In this document: piece after piece, positions 20,654-30,055 of the stretch
Layout of the letters: every line of letters begins with the position of its first letter
Position numbering within the stretch: position 1 is the stretch's first letter
Assembly (NCBI GenBank): GCA_044070495.1
Contig: JBIPSI010000013.1
Span: 1 to 64,000 of the forward strand
Direction of reading: 5' to 3'
Length of the DNA stretch: 64,000 bases
Origin: Spirulina sp.
Lineage (GTDB): Bacteria; Cyanobacteriota; Cyanobacteriia; Phormidesmidales; Phormidesmidaceae
Translations under genes and position numbers: made by a program
Notes under the pieces: model-generated
The model's input: only the letters and a program-made list of their open reading frames with translations
What the model was told of the DNA's origin: nothing
The model's database searches: none

Positions 20654-22624
20654 CTAGGGAGTAGGGGGCTTGCCATCAGGATAGTTGGCCTGCATGGGCC
20701 AGGGTTGAGCAGAATAGGGAAAAGCCGCTAGGGGCAAGGGTGCCCTCAAGTAGGTGATCATCTGACGATGGAGAAGATGAACCTGATCCTGCCACAGCAT
20801 CGACTGAAGCCGCAGCAAGGATTGTCCATAGCTCAGCCGACTCGCCTGCTGATAGTGGGTCTGGTGCTGAAGGCGTGGCCAACGGAGCAACTGAGGCGGC
20901 AAGGTTTGATTCAGCCCTAGGGCCAATTCCGGGGTGGAAAAGACCTCGGCATAGCGGGGAGACAGAAATCCGCCGTAGGACTCGGCCTGATCGGTCTGCT
21001 GCAAAATAAAACTGAGGCTGATGCCCTGCAAAAACACCCGTAAATTACTGGTTTTGGCATCGGGCAGGGCGGGCATAAAGGGAATCGCTTGCAGGTTGGG
21101 GTTGAGGTTATCGGGATCGCCTACGCTGAGGTGCGATCCCCCCAGGGCGGTAATCAAATATTTTGGCCCCGCCAGTTGGGTAAATGGCCCCAGTTGCTGG
21201 GCCGCCATGGGGGTGACGCCGTCTTGGGTGCTGGCCAACATCAGGGTCGGTACCTGTACCTGGCTGAGGCCCGCTTCTCCGAATAGTAAACCCGTTAAGG
21301 GATTCGTCAAAATCAACTGACGAATGCGAGGATCGCGCAGATTGGCATATTTGACCGGGAGATCCAGGGCGGCACACTGGAACCAATCCGAGGGCGACAG
21401 ACGCACCGGATTCATCTGCTGACAGGCTTGATCCAGGAGGCGCAAATCCAGCGGCGCTCCGGCCAAGGCTAGCCCCGTATACCCCCCCAAGGAATGGCCC
21501 ACCAGGGTGACTTGGTCGGTGTTGAGGCGACCCCGCAAACTATAGGAATAGCGATTGATGCGCTCCAAGCGATCAAGAACGTAGCTAATGTCCCGAGGGC
21601 GATCCAGGAACTCCGTAGCTGGTAGAACCCGGCTGCCTTGACTGGCGGATCGATCCCCGGCCTTGGGTAGCGATAGCAGGGCGGTTACATTGCTGCCGGG
21701 ATGTTCCACGGCCACCACCGTCAGCCCGTGGGAGGCCAAGTGCTCAGCCAGGTAGGCTAGAAAGCGACGGTCGGCCCCAAAGCCATGGGACAGCACCACC
21801 AACGGCCCGTGGGTAGACCGGCTCCAATAGATATCCACCGGAATGCTGCGATTGCGATGGCGATCTCGCAGCAGCATTTCCCAGCGTTCCACCTCCGCTG
21901 GCCCCGTGGAAAAGGGATTCACGCTGCTAGGGGGCCACACCTCCGCCGCCGAAGACACCATCTCACGGCGCAGGATTTGACCCAACAGAGTACTCTCTTG
22001 CTGGGCGAGCTGAAATTGGGAAGCCCAAGCTAGCCAGGCCCCCACGTCCACCTCCAGGGTTTCCTGGGGCAACTGCCGTAGCACCGCCATCAGGGTCGGG
22101 CGGCCTCCTTGGCTGGCCACCTGTTCTAGCGCCTGCTGTAGATCGGTGGGTTTGAGGTTGGGCACCAAGGCTTGGAGGGTAGCCAGCAGGGGCGTGCCCC
22201 CAGGGGTATGCAAAATTTCGTCCAGGATGACCTGCCCCACGGCGGGATCGACCACCAGTTCATTTTGCAGGGTCGCTTGCACGTTGGCATTCAGGAGAGG
22301 GCGATACAACCAGAGCCGATCAGGAATTTCCCCTGTGGTGGCAAAGGTCTCCAGATCGTCTACCCGAATGGTCTTAGATACCATCCCCCACCGCAGGGTA
22401 AGGAAATCGGCAGCCATGGCACCTTGGCCCCAGGTTAAACCCGCCATCACCAGAGCAAAGCCCAGTGCGGATTTCACCTGCCATCGGGCAGCGCTAGATC
22501 GATCAATAAAACGTAGGTGGAGGAAGGACAGCACAGTCACCACGCTAGCAGGATCAAGCATTACGGAGGAAAAGACGGCCAAGAATCGAAGGCTGTGCCC
22601 CATCCCAAATTTTCCCCATCCCAA
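20654..22624 (-). CDS. DUF1400 plus alpha/beta hydrolase
   Basis: VVLSHGFG, EHPGS, RPRDISYVLD and GHSLGG nucleophile elbow; start uncertain. Confidence 0.85.
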   Translation of the reverse strand: MGWGKFGMGHSLRFLAVFSSVMLDPASVVTVLSFLHLRFIDRSSAARWQVKSALGFALVMAGLTWGQGAMAADFLTLRWGMVSKTIRVDDLETFATTGEIPDRLWLYRPLLNANVQATLQNELVVDPAVGQVILDEILHTPGGTPLLATLQALVPNLKPTDLQQALEQVASQGGRPTLMAVLRQLPQETLEVDVGAWLAWASQFQLAQQESTLLGQILRREMVSSAAEVWPPSSVNPFSTGPAEVERWEMLLRDRHRNRSIPVDIYWSRSTHGPLVVLSHGFGADRRFLAYLAEHLASHGLTVVAVEHPGSNVTALLSLPKAGDRSASQGSRVLPATEFLDRPRDISYVLDRLERINRYSYSLRGRLNTDQVTLVGHSLGGYTGLALAGAPLDLRLLDQACQQMNPVRLSPSDWFQCAALDLPVKYANLRDPRIRQLILTNPLTGLLFGEAGLSQVQVPTLMLASTQDGVTPMAAQQLGPFTQLAGPKYLITALGGSHLSVGDPDNLNPNLQAIPFMPALPDAKTSNLRVFLQGISLSFILQQTDQAESYGGFLSPRYAEVFSTPELALGLNQTLPPQLLRWPRLQHQTHYQQASRLSYGQSLLRLQSMLWQDQVHLLHRQMITYLRAPLPLAAFPYSAQPWPMQANYPDGKPPTP

Positions 22625-23083
22625 ATTTTCTCTGAGGACTGGGTTAATGACTCTATGGCTTAGCTTAATCTAAACGACAGGGGAACGGTGGCATGGGGAG
22701 AGAATCGTCAAGTTTCGTTGCACGCTTGCCCAGCCAACGCCCAGCGGCTAGTTCTGTGGCACAACGCCGTCTCAAGGCTCCTAGAGTTGCCCACAAAAGC
22801 CCAGGCGACCCCATCCCCATCCCAGCGATTGCCGCTATGATCTAGGCAAGTTAGCCACGGGACTTGGCTGTTGTCTAGCCTGCTTTAAGGGGTGATGCCT
22901 TCAGCGCCAAGCCCCACGACTCAGTGCCACGACCCAGTGCTATAGATTTCCAGGGTCGTTCGCCGCCCCATTCCATGGCTCCTACGGGTCAAGGCTCAGC
23001 CTAACCCATGGGGTCAGATCGCTGATGCCTGTTTCCCTGTCCGTGCCACTGCCCAACCTTACTACCCCCAGGTGCCTTAGCCC

Positions 23084-23368
23084 ATGACTGAGCAGAAACC
23101 GCCATCCAAGGACGATTTTCTATTTCCGCGCAGCAAATACTGGGGCGAATTCAGTCCTCAACATTTGACCTTTAATGCCAACCTGCAAGAGTTTGCCCAG
23201 CGGGTCTCGTTTATTTGCAATTTAGAAACCGGGGGCAAAATTCCGCCCAAGCAGGCCTACGACGAAATTAAGCAGCTTTGGAAAACCCTGAAGCGATCCA
23301 AGGCCCACCTGATTGATCCAGAGACTCCCTCGGATCCGCCGCCGGATTCTCCCCAGGACAACCCCTAG
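23084..23368 (+). CDS. conserved cyanobacterial hypothetical protein
   Basis: FNANLQEFAQRVSFICNLETGGKI motif. Confidence 0.8.
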   Translation: MTEQKPPSKDDFLFPRSKYWGEFSPQHLTFNANLQEFAQRVSFICNLETGGKIPPKQAYDEIKQLWKTLKRSKAHLIDPETPSDPPPDSPQDNP

Positions 23369-23607
23369 CTGGCCGGAGCCTCAAGCCAGCCTGCGCTGAG
23401 GATAACGGTCAGCCCCATGAACAGAGCGGTGAGTGCCCAGGTCACTCGGTTAAGAGTGGTTTCGGCACTCTTGGTGCTGGTAAAGAGTTGGGCCTGCCCG
23501 CCTAGACCACCGAGGCCGTCGCCCTTGGGGCTATGGAGCATCACCAGGGCCGTCAGCCCTAGGGCAGAAACCAGCCACAGCACTTGCAGAATAGTTTTAA
23601 TGATCAT
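23365..23607 (-). CDS. secG: preprotein translocase subunit SecG
   Basis: LHSPKGDGLGGLGGQAQLFTSTKSAETTLNRVTW. Confidence 0.93.
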   Translation of the reverse strand: MIIKTILQVLWLVSALGLTALVMLHSPKGDGLGGLGGQAQLFTSTKSAETTLNRVTWALTALFMGLTVILSAGWLEAPAS

Positions 23608-23766
23608 GGGCGCGTTCCGTGTTCGATAAATTCGATGGTCAAGCGCTTGGCTAGAGGAATACAACCCTCCTGGAGTTGCCCCAGCGAAGCTTTACTATTC
23701 TAAGCTGATTTTCCCCGTCAATTCCGGTTCTGGGAGAACCCCTCCCCCGTAGCCTAGCGCCCTAGC

Positions 23767-24186
23767 CTAACCGCTTTGATGGGCTAAACAGGCTGACGAA
23801 TCGGGGGAATCGGGGGCGACTCGATCTATGCCCGGGTTGAGATGGGCGGCTTGGGTGTACCACCAGCGGCGGGTGGCTGGGTCTAGGGGAGTGGTGTATA
23901 GGGTGGTCACAAACGGCTGAGTATGGTAGCCCTGGCCGACAATTTCCACACAGTAGGAGGGAGCCTTGCGAGTGGCCATATCGGGCACCAAACGCTTACC
24001 GATGCGCCGCCAGCTGGGTTCCTTGCCCCGCCACTGAATGCGGCAACAGGGCCAGGGCAGTTGTTCCCGGTCAAACAGCCGACAGCAAGGCCCCACCACC
24101 CGATAGGTGAGATGCGCCCCCGGACTTTGGAAAAGATGGCCCGTGGGCCAGGGATGGTCAGCCTGGGTGGGTGAAGATGGTGCCAT
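23767..24186 (-). CDS. conserved hypothetical protein
   Basis: GPCCRLFDREQLPWPCCRIQWRGKEPSWRRIG, a cyanobacterial motif. Confidence 0.65.
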   Translation of the reverse strand: MAPSSPTQADHPWPTGHLFQSPGAHLTYRVVGPCCRLFDREQLPWPCCRIQWRGKEPSWRRIGKRLVPDMATRKAPSYCVEIVGQGYHTQPFVTTLYTTPLDPATRRWWYTQAAHLNPGIDRVAPDSPDSSACLAHQSG

Positions 24187-24393
24187 GGGAGGAATCGGGT
24201 GCGCTACATTAATGAACGACAGAAATAACCGTGGCTCAACCAAAACCTAAGGACACCCCCCACCACGGCCTAGGGCATTTCCTAGGGCTACCAATAGCCT
24301 TGAAGTCGGCACCTGTCGGGGATTTCCAGGACTGGCTTGCCTGCCACGACGGATTGATATCACACGATGTTGATGTAGTTTACGAGATTTTCC

Positions 24394-24675
24394 ATGGCCG
24401 AGCCAATCACGAGCGCTGTTAGCGACCGCATTTGTAAGCACATGAATAAAGATCACGCTGAGGCGGTTTTATTCTACGCCACCGCCTACGGCAATCTGCC
24501 CAGCGCCACCGCCGCCACCCTCAACGCCATTGACCCGGAAGGCATGGATCTTACCGCCACGGTGGACGGACAACCCCAGACGGTGCGCGTCACCTTCGAC
24601 CACACCCTTAGCGGAGCCGAAGACGCCCACCACACCCTGGTGGCCATGCTCAAGGCTCGGTCGGCCTCAGCGTAG
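24394..24675 (+). CDS. DUF2470 domain protein
   Basis: RICKHMNKDHAEAV and IDPEGMDL. Confidence 0.88.
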   Translation: MAEPITSAVSDRICKHMNKDHAEAVLFYATAYGNLPSATAATLNAIDPEGMDLTATVDGQPQTVRVTFDHTLSGAEDAHHTLVAMLKARSASA

Positions 24676-24688
24676 GTTGGGTTGAGCC

Positions 24689-24928
24689 ATGGTATCGGTT
24701 CAGTTTTTACCCGACGACATTACGGTAACCGCCGAGGTGGGCGAACCCCTGTTGCAGGTGGCGGATCGGGCGGGGGTTACCATTCCCACGGGTTGCCTGA
24801 TGGGTTCCTGCCATGCCTGCGAAGTGGAGCTAGACGGCGCGACCGATCCCATTTGCGCCTGCATTTCGGCGGTGCCCCCAGGGCTTGATCCCGTTATCGT
24901 CAATTTATACGTGGATCCAACCTGGTAA
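24689..24928 (+). CDS. 2Fe-2S ferredoxin-like protein
   Basis: CLMGSCHAC...CAC. Confidence 0.85.
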   Translation: MVSVQFLPDDITVTAEVGEPLLQVADRAGVTIPTGCLMGSCHACEVELDGATDPICACISAVPPGLDPVIVNLYVDPTW

Positions 24929-25177
24929 ACCCTGCTTCGATAGGCGGCCTAACTATTTCCCACGGTTGAGGCATGATCCACGTATCGCAACCCTGGTTGA
25001 CTAACAAACGATTCCGTACCGAGTGCGACAACCGTGCCTCTACAGCATCTGGATCCTACGCGATGGAAACGAAATCCCAAATGCCGTAGACCAAAATCTG
25101 TAGAAAAGCCTTAGGGTCGGGCGAGAACGGCAGAAACGGAGTAGGGTCGGGGAGTGAGATATAGGAGTCTCTGAACC

Positions 25178-26155
25178 ATGGAAACCTTGTTTGGATTTAT
25201 CGTAACGATGATGATATTGGGCGGTTCCATCGCCGCTAGTGGGTTGCGGATTGTTAATCAGAGCGATGAAGCCCTCGTGGAAACCTTGGGGAAATACAGT
25301 GGTAAAAAGCTGTCTCCAGGCCCAAACTTTGTAGTTCCTTTTTTGGATCGGGTGGTCTTTAAGCAAACCATTCGAGAGCGGGTGCTGGATATTCCGCCCC
25401 AGCAGTGCATCACCCGCGACAATGTTTCCATCAGCGTCGATGCGGTGGTCTATTGGCGGATTGTGGATTTGGAAAAAGCCTATTACAAAGTAGAAAACCT
25501 GCAATCGGCCATGGTGAACCTAGTGCTGACCCAGGTGCGGGCCGAGATGGGCAAACTGGAACTCGACGAAACCTTCACCGCCCGATCTGAAATTAATGAG
25601 ATCCTGCTGCGCGAACTCGACATTTCCACCGATCCCTGGGGGGTGAAGGTCACTCGCGTGGAACTGCGGGACATTGTGCCCTCCAAGGCGGTTCAGGATT
25701 CCATGGAACTGCAAATGGCCGCTGAACGCAAAAAACGCGCTGCCATTCTCACCTCCGAAGGGGAACGGGAATCGGCGGTGAACTCGGCCAAGGGGAAGGC
25801 CGAAGCAGCGGTGCTGGATGCGGAAGCCCGCAAAAAAGCCGCCATCCTCGATGCTGAAGCCGAGCAAAAATCTATCGTTCTGCGCGCCCAAGCCATCCAG
25901 CAGGAGCAAGTCCTCCACGCCCAGGCGACGGCCCAGGCCATCCAAATTATCGCCAAAACCCTGGCTTCAGATCCCGATGCTCGCGAGTCGATTCAGTACA
26001 TCCTGGCCCAGCAGTACCTCGATATGGGCCTCAAGATCGGCAGTAGCGACAGCAGCAAGGTAATGTTCATGGATCCCAAGAGCATTCCTGCCACCCTAGA
26101 GGGAATGCGAGCCATCGTCGGAGACGGGCAAACGAATCCACCGTCGATCTCCTAA
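25178..26155 (+). CDS. SPFH/band 7 (stomatin-like) protein
   Basis: [17 protein letters not shown] and [14 protein letters not shown]. Confidence 0.92.
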   Translation: METLFGFIVTMMILGGSIAASGLRIVNQSDEALVETLGKYSGKKLSPGPNFVVPFLDRVVFKQTIRERVLDIPPQQCITRDNVSISVDAVVYWRIVDLEKAYYKVENLQSAMVNLVLTQVRAEMGKLELDETFTARSEINEILLRELDISTDPWGVKVTRVELRDIVPSKAVQDSMELQMAAERKKRAAILTSEGERESAVNSAKGKAEAAVLDAEARKKAAILDAEAEQKSIVLRAQAIQQEQVLHAQATAQAIQIIAKTLASDPDARESIQYILAQQYLDMGLKIGSSDSSKVMFMDPKSIPATLEGMRAIVGDGQTNPPSIS

Positions 26156-26227
26156 ATCCAGGTTATACCGAATCCGAAAAAACCGATTCCCAACCGGGCA
26201 AACCGTAGGGGTGAGGTCTCCTTGGCC

Positions 26228-26509
26228 CTAATCACTTCCCTCGCCGGGCCACAGCAGGCGCACCGCCAGCAGGCCAAACCCCACGGCGGCAACGGCTTTT
26301 ACTAAGCGCTCCGGTAGGATCTGGGCAGTGCCCTCGCCCACCAAAACCCCTAAAAAACTAGCCAGCAGCAGGGCCGCCGCCGTGCCGAGGAAAACCGCCT
26401 TAGGAGAGCTTGAGCTACCCCCCAGGGCAATGGCCGCCAACTGGCTCTTATCCCCCAGTTCGGAGATAAACACGGCGGTGAAGCTGAGGGCAAGTAGGTT
26501 CCAGTCCAT
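26228..26509 (-). CDS. single-repeat TMEM165/GDT1 (UPF0016) protein, Hmx-type
   Basis: ELGDKSQ motif, about 93 aa. Confidence 0.88.
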   Translation of the reverse strand: MDWNLLALSFTAVFISELGDKSQLAAIALGGSSSSPKAVFLGTAAALLLASFLGVLVGEGTAQILPERLVKAVAAVGFGLLAVRLLWPGEGSD

Positions 26510-26559
26510 GGCGTTGAGGAGAGAATGGGGCGTTGAGATCAGGACAACGGAGAGACAGG

Positions 26560-26901
26560 CTACAGATGAGTAATATCCCAGAGCAGCCACACCGTAATGC
26601 CCAGGAGAACCGCTCCAGCGGCGGTGTCTAGGGTTTGGGGGGCTAGGCGACGAGCTAACCACTGCCCCAGCAAAACCCCAATCAAGCTAGTGGCAATCAA
26701 CGCCGACCCCGCCCCCAAAAAGACAATCCAGGGAGCGTCCGATTGGGCGCTCATCAACAGGGTGGTAACCTGGGTTTTATCCCCCAATTCCGCTAGAAAG
26801 ATGGTGATAAAGGTGGACAAAAATATCCGCCGAAAAGGACTGGCGGCGGGCGCAGGGTTGGCTTGATCCGTAGTAGCAGGGGTCGGCGGCGAGGAGGACA
26901 C
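26560..26901 (-). CDS. single-repeat TMEM165/GDT1 (UPF0016) protein, Hmx-type
   Basis: ELGDKTQ motif. Confidence 0.88.
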   Translation of the reverse strand: MSSSPPTPATTDQANPAPAASPFRRIFLSTFITIFLAELGDKTQVTTLLMSAQSDAPWIVFLGAGSALIATSLIGVLLGQWLARRLAPQTLDTAAGAVLLGITVWLLWDITHL

Positions 26902-27029
26902 AGGGCTAGGCCATAGGGAAGGACAGGGACGGCGAGCTTAGCTAGGGCATCTTGGCCCCCGGACTCGCCGATTTGTTTCATTATTTTTTCATTATCTGTA
27001 ACGATCCGCCCATCGGCAATGGACTATCT

Positions 27030-27086
27030 GGCTTTGTAGCCACGGGCTTTATCGTCACGGGCTTTATCGTCACGGGCTTTGTCGTT
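27030..27086. repeat. 15-bp tandem repeat (GGCTTTATCGTCACG-type, about 4 degenerate copies)
   Basis: ggctttgtagccacg ggctttatcgtcacg ggctttatcgtcacg ggctttgtcgtt. Confidence 0.8.
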
Positions 27087-27155
27087 ATAGACGAGCGACC
27101 CGTCCCCAGCATTCACCCTAGAACCGTTACCCCAAGATAGGACAAGGGCTTAGGA

Positions 27156-27539
27156 CTATTCCACGGGGGACTCAGAATCCTCTAGGGGCACCCAGCCAAC
27201 GGCTTGGTTAAAGCGCTGCATCTCTAGGCTGTCGTCGCCGTAGCGGTCTTCGATGTGCTGTTGGCAGCAATCGATAGCGAAGTCGTTGAGGTCGCTTGGA
27301 TCAATCCCAAACATCGCCTGGAAGGTGTGGGGCGTTACCCGGCAGAATTCAGGCCGCGTCTCATAAATGGCGCAGTTTCGATCCGCCGCATTGTAGTGGA
27401 TGCACCAGCCATCCTCTCCCACCAGGCCCAGATATTGCTCCAGTTGGGCGGGGGTGAGGTAATCCTCTAGATCGGGCCGTTCGCTGGGGTCAAGAAAACA
27501 GCAGGCTCCACAGCCAGTCACGCATTGCCAGTTGGTCAT
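27156..27539 (-). CDS. YkgJ family cysteine cluster protein
   Basis: CVTGCGACC and WCIHY...CAIYETRPEFCR. Confidence 0.88.
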   Translation of the reverse strand: MTNWQCVTGCGACCFLDPSERPDLEDYLTPAQLEQYLGLVGEDGWCIHYNAADRNCAIYETRPEFCRVTPHTFQAMFGIDPSDLNDFAIDCCQQHIEDRYGDDSLEMQRFNQAVGWVPLEDSESPVE

Positions 27540-27709
27540 AGATGTGCTCTGGAAACTCCTTGGGCAAAGGGGCCTGGGACAGAAACTAAACGACGGAGCC
27601 GCCTTAGAATTTTGTTAAGTTATCTAAAATAGACGGGGCGTAAGCAGGTAGAATAAGCCACAAGCAACTTGCCAGCTTTCATTTTAATAGGTCTGTGTTG
27701 GGAGGATCC

Positions 27710-27829
27710 ATGAGCTTTTTGAGCAGCATCAACTTTGAACTTATTGCCCAGTTAGCCATGCTGGCCATGATTGTCATCGCTGGCCCTACCATTGTCTTTT
27801 TGTTGTTCCTCCGGGGCGGCGACCTCTAG
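27710..27829 (+). CDS. psb30: photosystem II reaction centre protein Psb30/Ycf12 (not in the ORF track)
   Basis: translates MSFLSSINFELIAQLAMLAMIVIAGPTIVFLLFLRGGDL; GGAGG RBS. Confidence 0.93.
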   Translation: MSFLSSINFELIAQLAMLAMIVIAGPTIVFLLFLRGGDL

Positions 27830-28019
27830 GTCTGAGGCCAACCCAGTGGAGATGGCCTCCATACCACTCCACCGAGACAACGAAATGGCAGAGTAGGCCG
27901 CTGTGGCCTCGTTTGAGCAATCCTCGGCAGGGAGCAAGAGCCGCTTATTCCAGTAGCTCTCCCCAATCATTGAGTCACGATAGGGCCATGGGGTTTTTAA
28001 TGTCCCAAGGCCCTATTTT

Positions 28020-28319
28020 TTAGTCGTAATAGCGACCCTCTAGCCAGACCCGTAGATCCTGTTCTGTGATGAAAACATGTCTTTGCTGGGTGATGGGATC
28101 GTAGGCGACCCACTGGATCTGCCCCTGAACCATGCGCTGCCGAATGCGAGGGCCATTGTGAGCCGTTAAGGCACTAAGCACCCTCTGTCCCCAAGTTTGT
28201 AGACGATGGAACCGACTACCTGGGGCTTGCACCAGCGCCTCAAGCCGCTGCCGCTGCCGTTCTAGGTTGTCCTGGGAATGCCGGTCGAGATTGGACTGAG
28301 AATACGGGGTGCTGTTCAT
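28020..28319 (-). CDS. conserved small cyanobacterial hypothetical protein
   Basis: C-terminal WVAYDPITQQRHVFITEQDLRVWLEGRYY motif. Confidence 0.7.
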   Translation of the reverse strand: MNSTPYSQSNLDRHSQDNLERQRQRLEALVQAPGSRFHRLQTWGQRVLSALTAHNGPRIRQRMVQGQIQWVAYDPITQQRHVFITEQDLRVWLEGRYYD

Positions 28320-28568
28320 CGTTCCTTTGGCTCCGTGATAGTAGATGGGAATGGGCAGGCAAAATCGGCACAGACCCTTTACCCTGCCGCCTAGCAGGGG
28401 TGGGGCATTTTCCCGCAAAGGGAAATAGGGGATAAACGAGGTAGGAAAAACTAAGATGGCTAGCCGCAGCCGGTTGTGCCTGGTGGATAGGCGGCTACCC
28501 GTTGTTTCAGACTGTCGTAACCGATGACTCCAATCTACTCGGCGGCTCAACCTCTGCCAAAGCATGAA

Positions 28569-28583
28569 ATAGATACGTTCTAT
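28569..28583. promoter_or_regulatory. LysR-type T-N11-A dyad operator candidate
   Basis: ATAGATACGTTCTAT (ATAGA-N5-TCTAT) upstream of the 28020-28319 gene. Confidence 0.4.
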
Positions 28584-28604
28584 GCAAAAAATCGATACGT
28601 GACC

Positions 28605-28805
28605 CTAAGCTCGACTTTATCCAATCAGGCGGCATGGCAGAGTAACTCGGTCCAGGTGTCGAAGATAGGGCGAGGGACTTTAACGTACTCAACATCATCT
28701 GGTGATGTCTGAAAAAGCCGAGAGGCCCATAGATAGCGCCGGACAAAGGCTAAGGCATCCGCGAAGGTAGGTGTTGCTTCATGTACCAAGCGGTATGAGG
28801 CAGGG
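28605..28805 (-). mobile_element. 3' remnant of an IS701-like transposase with its right end
   Basis: AWYMKQ/(frameshift)PTFADALAFVRRYLW...LLCHAA* followed by TTGGATAAAGTCGAGCTTAG. Confidence 0.65.
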
Positions 28806-28814
28806 GGAAGGTAA

Positions 28815-28982
28815 AGTCCAGGACTTCTAGTCCTGGGCTGGCCACAACCACCAGGGAATAAATTCCCTGGCTGATCGCCCATGTCTGCTGAAGCAGACGA
28901 AACGCCTCCTGCATAGAGACGGATGCAGGAGGCGTTTAACCTGAACTCAGCATGGGTTACGCTCCGCTAGCTCATCCTACAG
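28815..28982. repeat. cluster of REP-like hairpins
   Basis: CCAGGACTTCTAGTCCTGG, CCAGGGAATAAATTCCCTGG, GTCTGCTGAAGCAGAC and AACGCCTCCTGCAT...ATGCAGGAGGCGTT. Confidence 0.7.
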
Positions 28983-29031
28983 GTGGTCTTACTGACCTCC
29001 CTAGGCGCGGCTTGACCGGTCGAGCCTTGCC

Positions 29032-29874
29032 CTAAAGATCATCGGGGTTGATGCCCAAGGCGCGGAGTCGGGCCGTGAGGGCTTCGGCCCGTTGTTGGGC
29101 GGCATCCCGTTCCTGCTGGGCAGCGTCTCGTTCCTGTTGGGCGGCGTCCCGTTCCTGTTGGGCGGCGTCCCGTTCCTGCTGGGCGGCGTCTCGTTCCTGT
29201 TGAATCAGGGTGTTTTCCTCCTGGAGAGCCTCGCGCAGTCGTTCCAGTTCGTAGCGGGTGAGCAGCTTTGCCCCGGTTTGGGGGTCATAGAGCCGGAGTG
29301 CCTGGGCCGCTGGGGCCAAGCCAAGTTCGGGATAGGGAGGGTGCAACTGCAAGTCTAGGCCGAGAACGGCACTATGGATGAAGGGGAGCCCTACGGGGTT
29401 GGTAGCCAGGGGCAACGGTTGATAGGTGCCCTCCACCAGCCGCAATCCTTGCAGTTGGGGCTTGAGGTAGTCGGCGGTGGGGTCGTACTGAAAGTATTCC
29501 TCAATGCCTAGGCTGGCGTAGAGGCGGGGTTTTTCCTCCTGATCCTGGCGTTTGGTGCTGCGGGAGGTAATTTCTAGGACAAAATTGGGCAGTTTGTTGC
29601 CCTCTTGCCAAGCTTTGTAGCTGCGGCGTTTGCGGTTGCTCGCGCCAAAAATCACAAACACATCCGGCGAAATCGAGGCCTTGGGGTTGCCCTCTTCGTA
29701 ATACACAAACAGGTTGCCGGAAACATAAACATTGGGACGCCCCTTGAAATACAGTTGCAGCACCTCAACGCAGTACAGCAAGTAATCACGGGTGGCGTCG
29801 CTTTCGGTCATGGGTTGGCCATCGCAATCTGGGTAGAGGATGGGCGCGGCGGTGAGTCCGGTAGTGTCGGCCAT
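29032..29874 (-). CDS. Uma2 family endonuclease with C-terminal heptad repeats
   Basis: YPDCDGQPMTES, SPDVFVIFG, LEITSRST and EEYFQYDP; (QQERDAA)x5. Confidence 0.9.
   Translation of the reverse strand: MADTTGLTAAPILYPDCDGQPMTESDATRDYLLYCVEVLQLYFKGRPNVYVSGNLFVYYEEGNPKASISPDVFVIFGASNRKRRSYKAWQEGNKLPNFVLEITSRSTKRQDQEEKPRLYASLGIEEYFQYDPTADYLKPQLQGLRLVEGTYQPLPLATNPVGLPFIHSAVLGLDLQLHPPYPELGLAPAAQALRLYDPQTGAKLLTRYELERLREALQEENTLIQQERDAAQQERDAAQQERDAAQQERDAAQQERDAAQQRAEALTARLRALGINPDDL
29092..29202 (-). repeat. 21-bp tandem repeat encoding QQERDAA
   Basis: about 5 copies of ggcggcgtcccgttcctgttg with synonymous variation. Confidence 0.85.
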
Positions 29875-30055
29875 GGGACGGCATCCTTAGCGGGACGGCG
29901 TGGCTTCTATTATGCCATTGCCACTCTGGGAAGATCCGCTCCACGCCCAGCGGCGAGACGCGCCATCCATGCCAACCTTCGACCCTGCCTATGACAATTG
30001 GCCCCAAAGCCGCTAGAATGCCCATCAATACAGGCGTTCTGTAGGATCATGGGGT

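Noticed and set aside
22700..23080. riboswitch in the long intergenic region before 23084
   Set aside because: Only a short 13-bp duplication (CCACGACTCAGTG/CCACGACCCAGTG); no aptamer consensus recognised
29092..29202. CRISPR-like array
   Set aside because: The 21-bp units are contiguous with no spacers and encode an in-frame coiled coil; no CRISPR array or cas genes were seen in the window
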